In this document: one piece after another, positions 8,781 to 16,415 of the stretch
How positions within the stretch are numbered: the first letter of the stretch is position 1
Layout: each line of letters opens with the position of its first letter
From: Deltaproteobacteria bacterium
GTDB lineage: Bacteria; Desulfobacterota; Desulfobaccia; Desulfobaccales; 0-14-0-80-60-11
Direction of reading: 5' to 3'
DNA: 64,000 nt
Assembly (NCBI GenBank): GCA_016875015.1
Contig: VGSJ01000001.1
Coordinates: forward strand, 12,889-76,888
Made by a program: the position numbers and the translations under genes
The notes under the pieces: model-generated
The model's database searches: none
What the model was told of the DNA's origin: nothing
The model's input: only the letters and a program-made list of their open reading frames with translations

Positions 8781-9076
8781 ATGATGACCTCGTAAAAAGT
8801 CTTTTTCCCCTCCCCTGGTGGGAGGGGATTAATACCAAACTGCGATCATACAGGTAATTTATCTTTTGTAGGGGCGGACCCATGTGTCCGCCCCTCAGGT
8901 TGGGCGCACACGCGGGTGCGCCCCTACAAACCGTGAGTTTTTCTTACCTCTATGCGCGCAACTTCGTATAAGGGGAGGGGGAAGATAACTCATCGAAGAT
9001 ATTAATTGTTTCACCCCCACCCTGACCCTCGCCCATCAAGGGGGAGGGAATTTTGGACTTTTTACGAAACCATCAT
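8781..9076. mobile_element. MITE-like element, family B copy 1 (TIR ATGATGnnyTCGTAAAAAGTC), carrying a nested family A element
   Basis: The left end ATGATGACCTCGTAAAAAGTC (8781-) matches the reverse complement of the right end GACTTTTTACGAAACCATCAT (-9076). It contains CCCCTCCC/GGGAGGGG hairpins (e.g. 8807-8827) and encloses family A copy 2. Confidence 0.6.
8832..8969 (+). mobile_element. MITE-like element, family A copy 2 (138 bp), inverted relative to copy 1 and nested in family B element
   Basis: ATACCAAACTGCGATCATACAGGTAATTTA...GTAGGGGCGGACCCATGTGTCCGCCCC...GGGCGCACACGCGGGTGCGCCCC...CGCGCAACTTCGTAT. Near-identical blocks with the reverse complement of 8242-8378. Confidence 0.7.
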
Positions 9077-9169
9077 GGATGACTTGTTCTTTACGGCCTG
9101 GAAAAAACCGGAGAATTTTGCGGTTATTAATTCCCGCGCTCTGCCCAGCCCGGTTAGGGGGGACTAATC

Positions 9170-10882
9170 TCATGGGGTCGTATTCACCAAAATACTACTC
9201 ACGCCGCTGAGGATGGCATCAGCCACTAGGGAGGCGTCCATCTGGGGAGGAGTAAATTTGTCGAACCGGTTCAGAGCGATGAAGATGGTGCGCCCCGAGT
9301 CGGGATAATACAGCCAGCGTGTGAGAACGCCCGGGTTTTCGCCGCCGTGACCGTACATTTTCTCCCCAAACCAGGGGTCCGAGTCGAAAACCTCCAGTCC
9401 GAAGCCGAAGGTGGAGGGGGCTTTAGGGGTAGTCATCTGCGAAAGAGACTGGGCGTTCACCACCTTGCCCCCGAAGAGGGCCCGGGCCCAGGTAAGCATA
9501 TCTTGGGCGGTGCTCACCCCGGACCCGGAGGTCCAGTCCCAGGAGAGATCCCAACCGGAGGTGTCCACGAGCTGAGAGGTGTCCACGAGGGTGGGGTAAT
9601 AATCGACGTCGATCCAACAATAGTCCCGGGTATAAGGACCGGTTTTCTGGCCGCTTCTGGTGAGGGCGGTGCGGGACATCTCCCGGGGGCTGAAGAACCG
9701 GGTCCGGATGGCATCCTCTAAGGGTTCATCGGTGGCAGCTTCGGCAATCTTCCCCAGGAGATAGTAACCGGCGTTGCAATACTCAAATGCCGTGCCCGGG
9801 AGGAAAGCGGAGTTGTAAATCCAATATATGACTTCATCATAAGAAGAATCTGAAGGCCAGGCATAGTAAGGATCCGACAGCATAAGGTCAGTGAAAAATG
9901 GGTCACCCACATAGTCATAGAGACCGCTGGTGTGGTTCAGGAGCATGGCCACGGTGATCTGAGCACGGAAGGGCACGGTTCCAGGCGCTAGAAGGGCCGG
10001 CAGCCATTTTTCCACGGTATCGGACAGGGCGATTTTGTTCTCCTCCACCAGCTTCATAATGAGCGCCGCCGTGAAGACCTTGGTGACCCCGGCGAGGCGG
10101 ACCTGCATGTCCGGCGTCATGGGCACGTTGGCGTCCAAATCGGCCTTGCCGGCCGCGCCGATCCACACGCCGTCTTTGGTCTGCACGGCCAGGATCGCTC
10201 CCGGGACTCCGGCATCGCTCACCTGCGCGTCCAGGAGGGCCTGGAGTTGGGCGGTCGGAAGGGAAGGAGGGGTGATTGGCGTTTGGTTTTCCCCTTGATT
10301 TATCGGGAGGGGAGTCGGAATCGTGGTGCTTCTAAACCCCGATGGTGCACCGCCCCCAAGGATTCCCCCAACATTCGCCGGCGAGTTGGAGGGAAAACCA
10401 CCAACTGCCATGCCCTCTCCACTTCCCGAGGCGCCTCTGGCTTCTCCACTTTTCATGGACCCGGTCACACTCTGGGGCTCGCCAGTATCCCCGGCCCGGT
10501 TAGCGCCTTTCCCTTTTTTGGTTTTGGCGGTTTTGGCCTCTACGTCATCATCGGTCTCTTTAGACGCAGGTTCCTCAGCCTCTTTAGGCGCAACGTTCTC
10601 AGCAGGTGTTTGGTCCCCGCTGACTGGCGCGCTGGCGGTAAATCTACTTCCTTCGGTACTGCGAGGGACTTGAATCTCCCCTTTCTTTCCCACGGTAACT
10701 TGATCCCCTTTGGCATCCTTCGGGGCCGTTCTTATGATAATCACCTGCTCCGCGGGTTCTTGTGGAGAAGAGGTTTGTCCCTTTTCAGGAACAGGAGCCT
10801 TCCCCGGCATACTTCCGGTGTAAGCCGGCAGGGCCAGGATTAAACCCAAAATTATGGGAAAAAACTTTTTTATCATCTTCAA
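9170..10882 (-). CDS. Secreted beta-lactamase/PBP-fold (serine hydrolase family) protein with a long low-complexity N-terminal linker; nucleophile Ser replaced by Gly
   Basis: 570 aa with a signal peptide MKMIKKFFPIILGLILALPA. The C-terminal ~350 aa carry class-C-like motifs: [S]xxK appears as AGVTK, YxN as YCN, and a GHGG box. The Gly codon GGG is the reverse complement of 10088-10090. Confidence 0.75.
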   Translation of the reverse strand: MKMIKKFFPIILGLILALPAYTGSMPGKAPVPEKGQTSSPQEPAEQVIIIRTAPKDAKGDQVTVGKKGEIQVPRSTEGSRFTASAPVSGDQTPAENVAPKEAEEPASKETDDDVEAKTAKTKKGKGANRAGDTGEPQSVTGSMKSGEARGASGSGEGMAVGGFPSNSPANVGGILGGGAPSGFRSTTIPTPLPINQGENQTPITPPSLPTAQLQALLDAQVSDAGVPGAILAVQTKDGVWIGAAGKADLDANVPMTPDMQVRLAGVTKVFTAALIMKLVEENKIALSDTVEKWLPALLAPGTVPFRAQITVAMLLNHTSGLYDYVGDPFFTDLMLSDPYYAWPSDSSYDEVIYWIYNSAFLPGTAFEYCNAGYYLLGKIAEAATDEPLEDAIRTRFFSPREMSRTALTRSGQKTGPYTRDYCWIDVDYYPTLVDTSQLVDTSGWDLSWDWTSGSGVSTAQDMLTWARALFGGKVVNAQSLSQMTTPKAPSTFGFGLEVFDSDPWFGEKMYGHGGENPGVLTRWLYYPDSGRTIFIALNRFDKFTPPQMDASLVADAILSGVSSILVNTTP

Positions 10883-10929
10883 TCAGTAAACAAGGGCGTA
10901 TGCCGCCCCGGCTTTCCCCAGGCTCACCC

Positions 10930-11427
10930 TTACCGAGCGGTGCTGGCCGGCTTCGGGTTGATTATTTCCTGGGAAATCTCCACGTACATCGCTCCACCCC
11001 GATAAGTGGACTTAATGGCCAACTTCTTGGAGAAGGAGCCTGCGGTCACCATTAAGAAACTCTCTCCCTCTTTGACCACAGTGAGCTTTACTCTATGGCC
11101 CGAACGAGGCGCAACTCTCACCATGGTGGGGTCGCTGGAGTACCACGTCGGGCTTAGGTCATACTCGACCCTAAAAACATCCAGACCAACGGCCCGGGCA
11201 TAGCCCACATAGTACTTCCCGTTTTGGATATCGGTAAATTTGGCGGGTGACACCCATACTTCACCCATGAAAAAATTTTCCTTGGTTATGCTCTGGACTT
11301 TAAGCTCTACCTTAAGGGCGGTTATTGTCACCCCGGCGTCAGGGCTTTTACCCCATGCCGGGCCCATGGGCAGGGCCAGAAGCAACCCTAACCCGATAAC
11401 TATCCACCACCAGCGCTTTGCGACCAT
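10930..11427 (-). CDS. Secreted hypothetical protein, possible Ig-like (Big_2-type) fold
   Basis: 165 aa with a signal peptide ...LLLALPMGPAWG. WYSSDPTMVRVAPRSGHRVKLTVVKEGESFLMVTAG resembles the Big_2 consensus. Confidence 0.6.
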   Translation of the reverse strand: MVAKRWWWIVIGLGLLLALPMGPAWGKSPDAGVTITALKVELKVQSITKENFFMGEVWVSPAKFTDIQNGKYYVGYARAVGLDVFRVEYDLSPTWYSSDPTMVRVAPRSGHRVKLTVVKEGESFLMVTAGSFSKKLAIKSTYRGGAMYVEISQEIINPKPASTAR

Positions 11428-11561
11428 AACTATGTCCCTCTATTCGAGTATGCGAAATTTTTCGGCATCCTATCGATGCCTGCGTCAAGCTTGGCCTTTG
11501 AGACTCTTTTTCACGCTTGACCCCCTGAACCGTTCCTCGCAGCCAAGGCCTCGCCAGTGAC

Positions 11562-13649
11562 TTAAGGAGTAAACTGATTCGCGTTGAGAAAGGGTTGCAG
11601 CGGCGGCAGCGGCGGCGATTCGCCCGAGCGGCCGTCCCGGCCCACCGCCGGGACCTTGAAAGTGATCTCCACGCCGGTCTTCGTGGTCCCGTGAGGCACA
11701 ATCAGCTCGGGGTGATCAAAGGGACGAGATTCGTTTCTCACCCGGTTGTCGGTCAACGCCATCAGAAAGGACACCAGATCATTTTTATCCAATGGCTGCC
11801 CAATAAGCCGGCCGATGGGAGCTATCAAGGGGTCCAGGTCCGCCAGATTATTTTCATCAAAGTTGCCGCCCCGGGTATAAAAGTCCACCACCTGACGCAA
11901 GGTCGCCATGCCGCCATTGTGCATAAAGGGGCCGGTGAGTTCCACATTGCGGAGCTGGGGTACCTTAAAGGCCCCATGGTTGCCGTTCCGGTCCGGCGGT
12001 TGCGTGTTGCCGATGGGCAAGGGCGGGATAAAACCGGCAACATAGCTGGCCTGCGCCCCGGTCGGTGGACTGTTATAGCTTGGCGGTATCAGGCCATCCC
12101 TCAACAACATGCCGAGGCGGCTATAATCCAGGGGAAACTCAGCGCCGGTTAACGGGTTGATAAACGGTGCGGTCGCAAACCGGCCCAGGTCGTTTTGAGT
12201 CGGCACCACGCCGATATTATTCCACCCGTTATCATAAAAGGCTATCAGGCGGTCGGCGGTGTTCATTATTTCAACGGCTGCCGCGGGCGGCAGAAACAGG
12301 GGAGGAAATCTGGCCAGGGCGGCGCCATTGACTATTGGTTCGGCGGCCTGAGTACTGATCGGGAGAACGTGGCAGCCGGTGCAACCCACCGCCTGGAAAA
12401 GCGCCAGGCCGCGCTGCTGCGGTGGGGTCAGATTGGCGGCGCCTCCCAGGAAGAGGTCGAAGGGGGATTCGCCGGAAATCAGGGTCGCCTGATAAAGCTG
12501 CACCGCCAGACCGAAAAAGAGGGAGAAGTTGGCCTCCATCTGGGTGAACTGATTGGTGTTGCCCGGAGTGGCCGGCCCGGCAACCACTTTAAGGCCGAGG
12601 TCTGGGTTGGCCGGATTGACAAACTCAAGATGCTGGGTGGTATTATTCCAATACTGGGGTTGAAACGCCGCCTGGATCATGGCGCTATACGTGGTGTTCA
12701 GACCTTTAATCAAGGTAATCACGTCACCGATCTTCGTGGACTTGGCCAGGGGAGATTCCAGCACGCTGTCCCGGGGATGCACCGCCTGTTTGGCCAGGGG
12801 CGGCAGGCTGAGCATCTTTTTGCCGAGCTTGGGCCAGGTGCGCCCCCGGAAAGACATTTCCAAGTCGCTGAGGGGCGGTCCCACCGCCTGGGAGGCCAGG
12901 GAGGCGTTTTCCAGCCGGACCCTGGCCGGAGTGAGTCCCGTGCCTTTATCCTCGAAGACCCTGGCGTTAGCATCCGCCGGGCCAAAGGGATTGACGCCGT
13001 TAAAGATGTTGTTGGCCCGCCCATCCCAGAAATTGGCAAAATTAAAGGCCGCGTTGATGACCGTGGGGGTATTGCGGGGCTCCACCCGCCGGACGTTGAC
13101 TCTATGACCCCTGAGGTTAAGGTTCCAGATGGGGTCGATCAGGGGAGTGCTGATATCCACCGCGCTCCCTAACTTGATGTCCACAAACTGAGCCAATCTA
13201 ACCCCCTGGGAAGAAGCGACGTCGTGATTGAACGGCCGCGCCAGGGGGGCATCAGTATCGGGATCGACGGGCTTAAAAAAGGGAAAGCTAGCCTGGGTCA
13301 AGGTGGAGTTCGGACCGTGAGGGGGGCTAAAAGTAGTGGAGCCCCCTAAAATATCCGGATTCATCTGGTTGCGGAACCGGTTGTCGGCGCCGGCATGGAA
13401 GTGACAGCTGGCGCAGGCCGTCATGCCGTCGCTGCCCACCTGCATGTCCCAGAAGAGGGCCTTGCCCAATTGGATGGCGGCGTTTTTGTCGAATACATAG
13501 CTGGCAAGAAAAACCGGTTCTGGAACCGTAAACGCGCTCAGCGGTTGGGCCCAGCCGGTTCCCCCGAGCAGCGCCAGGCTAAGGGCGATGGCCAGTAACC
13601 CGAAGACTTGCCTTATCATCAACTTTTTCTTGACCCTTTTTTTCGGCAT
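11562..13649 (-). CDS. Di-haem cytochrome c peroxidase family protein (CCP/MauG-like), secreted
   Basis: 695 aa with a signal peptide. Two CxxCH motifs (CASCHFH, CTGCHV). FWDGRANN and FKVPQLRNVELTGPFMHNGGMATLRQVVDFY are typical of the CCP/MauG family. Confidence 0.88.
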   Translation of the reverse strand: MPKKRVKKKLMIRQVFGLLAIALSLALLGGTGWAQPLSAFTVPEPVFLASYVFDKNAAIQLGKALFWDMQVGSDGMTACASCHFHAGADNRFRNQMNPDILGGSTTFSPPHGPNSTLTQASFPFFKPVDPDTDAPLARPFNHDVASSQGVRLAQFVDIKLGSAVDISTPLIDPIWNLNLRGHRVNVRRVEPRNTPTVINAAFNFANFWDGRANNIFNGVNPFGPADANARVFEDKGTGLTPARVRLENASLASQAVGPPLSDLEMSFRGRTWPKLGKKMLSLPPLAKQAVHPRDSVLESPLAKSTKIGDVITLIKGLNTTYSAMIQAAFQPQYWNNTTQHLEFVNPANPDLGLKVVAGPATPGNTNQFTQMEANFSLFFGLAVQLYQATLISGESPFDLFLGGAANLTPPQQRGLALFQAVGCTGCHVLPISTQAAEPIVNGAALARFPPLFLPPAAAVEIMNTADRLIAFYDNGWNNIGVVPTQNDLGRFATAPFINPLTGAEFPLDYSRLGMLLRDGLIPPSYNSPPTGAQASYVAGFIPPLPIGNTQPPDRNGNHGAFKVPQLRNVELTGPFMHNGGMATLRQVVDFYTRGGNFDENNLADLDPLIAPIGRLIGQPLDKNDLVSFLMALTDNRVRNESRPFDHPELIVPHGTTKTGVEITFKVPAVGRDGRSGESPPLPPLQPFLNANQFTP

Positions 13650-13696
13650 GGGAAGTTCCTCATCCTTAATATTTGGGATAAAAATCTCTCATCGGC

Positions 13697-14929
13697 TCAA
13701 TCATCCAACAGTAACAGCGGCAAATACGGCAGACCGGCGCGCCTCTCCGCTTTAATATTATCTATGGCCAGCCGGCCTATAATGGTGGGGGGCGGAAAAG
13801 TGGCCGCCGCGTTATGGATGACCCGCAACTCGCCGGCGTTGGTTAAAGCCGCCGGCACGCTCCCCCGCGCGGCGGTAAGGTCGCCTGGACTGATGGGGAA
13901 TACCGCGGTAACCCAATCACCCCCGGCAGGCAGAGACAACCCCTTCGTTGACACCGCAATATTGAGCGGCGGCAGACTGCCCACCGCCACATCGCCGATC
14001 ACGACCCGCACCTGAAGGCCGTTGGGACCGGTATTTTTCAGCGACATGGTAATGAAATTCACGCCCGCGGCCAGGTAATTTCCTGACCATTGGGCGTTGC
14101 GATTAACGACGGATAGCCTGCTCCCGGGACCCACGGCGCCGTCGATGGCGGTAACTTGCATAAAGGCGTCGCCAACGCCGCCGGGGCCGCCGCCGGGAAT
14201 AATTTCCGGGGGAAACGGCGGCTCAATGCCGCCTAAGCCGGCATCCCAGTTCTGCAGCGTGCCGTATTGGAAGGTATCGATCCAGCCGACAGTCACCGCG
14301 GCAGCGGCTTTAACATTGTCCACGCCTAGTTGACCCACAGCCGAGGGGGGGGGGAAGGTCGGGTTCGGGTTGTGCATGATCCGCAACTCACCGGCATTGG
14401 TTAAGGCCGGCAGCACATTCCCCCGGGCCGCAACCATCCGGCTGGGAGTGATGTTGAAGGTCGCGGCAACCCACCCGCCGCCGGCCGGCAGAACCACCGA
14501 GTCCCTGGACACCGCCATATTGAGCGGCGGCAGACTGCCCACCGCCACATCGCCGATCATGACCCGCACCACCAGGTCAGTGGCCCCCGTGTTTTTCAGG
14601 GACATGGTAATGACGTTCACGCCCCCGGCCAGGTAATTCCCTGACCACTGCAAGTCCCGGTTTATGACGTTTATTCTGCTCCCCGGATTTGGCAGTCCCC
14701 CGATCCCGGTGATTTGCATATAGCGGTCGCCGACGCCCCCGGGGCCGCCATCTGGAATCACCACCGGGGGAAAGGGAGGCTCGATACCGCCCAGCCCCGC
14801 ATCCCAGTTCTGCAGCGTCCCGTCTTGGAATGTATCGATCTGGCCGAGAACCACCGCGGACCCCACGGTCGGTTGCAGAAGGACGGCCGCCAGCAGCAGG
14901 GTTCCCAGAAGCCACCTCAATACCTTCAC
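13697..14929 (-). CDS. Secreted protein made of two ~186-aa tandem repeats; unknown function; C-terminal PYLPLLLLDD tail
   Basis: 410 aa with a signal peptide. Repeat 1 (~14309-14851) and repeat 2 (~13751-14293) share long identical blocks (IDTFQxGTLQNWDAGLGGIEPPFPP, QWSGNYLAxGVN, IGDVAVGSLPPLN, LTNAGELR). The repeat is also visible at DNA level. Confidence 0.8.
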   Translation of the reverse strand: MKVLRWLLGTLLLAAVLLQPTVGSAVVLGQIDTFQDGTLQNWDAGLGGIEPPFPPVVIPDGGPGGVGDRYMQITGIGGLPNPGSRINVINRDLQWSGNYLAGGVNVITMSLKNTGATDLVVRVMIGDVAVGSLPPLNMAVSRDSVVLPAGGGWVAATFNITPSRMVAARGNVLPALTNAGELRIMHNPNPTFPPPSAVGQLGVDNVKAAAAVTVGWIDTFQYGTLQNWDAGLGGIEPPFPPEIIPGGGPGGVGDAFMQVTAIDGAVGPGSRLSVVNRNAQWSGNYLAAGVNFITMSLKNTGPNGLQVRVVIGDVAVGSLPPLNIAVSTKGLSLPAGGDWVTAVFPISPGDLTAARGSVPAALTNAGELRVIHNAAATFPPPTIIGRLAIDNIKAERRAGLPYLPLLLLDD

Positions 14930-15037
14930 TCGGATAATCCCCCTTAAACCCCTAGTTGGGCGTCATCCCAACCCCAACCCGGCGCACATCCCCGGGGGCC
15001 GCGGCGGCGGTGCTGCCGCCGCGCCCCGGGGGCGGGC

Positions 15038-16339
15038 TTAATTAATCACAAAGGGTATCCGGGCGGTCTTCACAATCCGCTCCCGGCCGGGGACATTCTC
15101 CCCCCGGGTATCAAAGAACTCCACCGTGGCGAAGGCGTTGACCGCGGTGTCCGTCCTGATCAGGGCGTCAATGCGCCGGGCCACGCTGTAACGAATGGGA
15201 GTCCCGGCCGGCACCCTATAGGCGTGGCTGTACCGGGCCAAAGGCGGCACCCCCAGGGCCCGGCCGTCCCAGGCAATGATCACCACGTCCACCGGGAAGG
15301 TGACCCGCATGGAGTTGTAGGAGGCGCAGAGGGCGCGGACCAGGATGGTCTTGCCCCTCTGGGCGTTGACGGACACCTGCATCCCGGTAACCCCGCCGTT
15401 GAGACCCGGGGGAACGACCACGTTAGGCGGGATGGTCCCCAGGACCCCAGGGGCGTTGGGCACCACCACACCGGTGATAAACCAGTTATCCGGGTTGAAG
15501 TCATGGAAGTGCCCGTGCCAGAACTGGTCGTCCACCCCGGGCCGGTTGAGGATGGCGGGATACCAGGCCCTGGCCTCCAGCCCGATCTGGTTGTGCCAGT
15601 AGGAGTCCATGTCATCACAGACCCAGAGGGCCTCATAATCATAGGGGACGGTATAGGCGTGGGGGTCCCCGCTGGCCAGGTCGCCGGCCACGAACCCCGG
15701 GAACTGGGGAAACGCCGCCAGGCTGGCCGCGGTGCGGCGCGGGTAGCCGCCGGCGGTGAGAGGGTTAGCATAGGCGTCGGGCGGCTCGATGATGAGGAAG
15801 CCGAAGAGTCCCATCTCAAAGTGCTGCACCGTGTTGCGGTGGCAGTGGTAGAAGTAGCTGCCGATGAAGTTGGGCTGCAACTGGTAGGTGTATTTCCCGA
15901 TTTCCATGGAGGTATGCCCCACCCCGTCGTTCATGGGAGTAGGCTCGATGCCGTGCCAGTGAATGGTATGGGGCGGCGACGTCTTGCCCTGGGTCTCAGC
16001 ATGGAAGATCACCCCCCGGGGCACCCGGAGGATAGTTCCCGGATAGGTGCCGCCTTTGGAGGCGTCCATGTCTTGGTCCCCGACGGCCATGATAACGAGG
16101 GGCGCCCCATTCCAACCGGTAATGGTGATGCCCTCAGTCAACGCCAACTGCACTGTGTTAGGAACTTTCACATCGCCTAAGCCAAGGGACTCCATAAATG
16201 CCGGCACGGGATTGGTGGGGGTCAGCAACTCAGGGGTGCCGGGGCTTTCCTTGGGCGGGTCCCACATCTTGGCCCACATGCCTTCCATGCCGGCAATGGA
16301 CCGGCGGGGTATGATAATACCGGAATTTGGCAGCGCCAT
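15038..16339 (-). CDS. Multicopper-oxidase-like protein without signal peptide (carries the domain-1-type HxHG and HxH copper motifs)
   Basis: 433 aa. HTIHWHG (H127/H129) and GSYFYHCHRNTVQHFEMGLFGFLIIEP (H165-C166-H167) match MCO motifs 1 and 2. A good SD (AAGGAGAG) precedes the ATG. The N-terminus is not signal-like. Confidence 0.8.
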   Translation of the reverse strand: MALPNSGIIIPRRSIAGMEGMWAKMWDPPKESPGTPELLTPTNPVPAFMESLGLGDVKVPNTVQLALTEGITITGWNGAPLVIMAVGDQDMDASKGGTYPGTILRVPRGVIFHAETQGKTSPPHTIHWHGIEPTPMNDGVGHTSMEIGKYTYQLQPNFIGSYFYHCHRNTVQHFEMGLFGFLIIEPPDAYANPLTAGGYPRRTAASLAAFPQFPGFVAGDLASGDPHAYTVPYDYEALWVCDDMDSYWHNQIGLEARAWYPAILNRPGVDDQFWHGHFHDFNPDNWFITGVVVPNAPGVLGTIPPNVVVPPGLNGGVTGMQVSVNAQRGKTILVRALCASYNSMRVTFPVDVVIIAWDGRALGVPPLARYSHAYRVPAGTPIRYSVARRIDALIRTDTAVNAFATVEFFDTRGENVPGRERIVKTARIPFVIN

Positions 16340-16415
16340 CTTATCTCTCCTTATCTCCTGTTCATCAAGTAATCCAGAGAACTAGGCTTATGGTCCCGAT
16401 CCTGATCTCAGGGGA

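Noticed and set aside
8242-9076. Possibility that the clustered hairpin repeats (also 39898-40137 and 51030-51150) form a CRISPR array
   Set aside because: There are no regularly spaced direct repeats of constant length with unique spacers. The repeats are inverted or palindromic, of different families, and no cas genes are present.
12195-13172. 325-aa plus-strand ORF, plus similar long antisense ORFs at 15224-16180, 30913-31731, 31927-33012, 33603-34583, 43900-44823, 58274-58885, 59569-60486 and 60714-61787
   Set aside because: Each lies opposite a minus-strand gene with strong family signatures (CCP, MCO, gmd, priming transferase, WcaI-like, DegT, GT, SqdB-like, CapD-like). Their products are compositionally biased and motif-free.
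14930-15037. GC-rich hairpin (CCCCGGGGGCCGCGGCGGC...GCCGCCGCGCCCCGGGGG) after the 433-aa MCO-like gene, considered as a terminator splitting the minus-strand operon
   Set aside because: The stem is convincing, but no U-tract follows on the minus strand. The next gene starts ~100 nt later with the same orientation. I left it uncalled because it could equally be an RNA-stability element.
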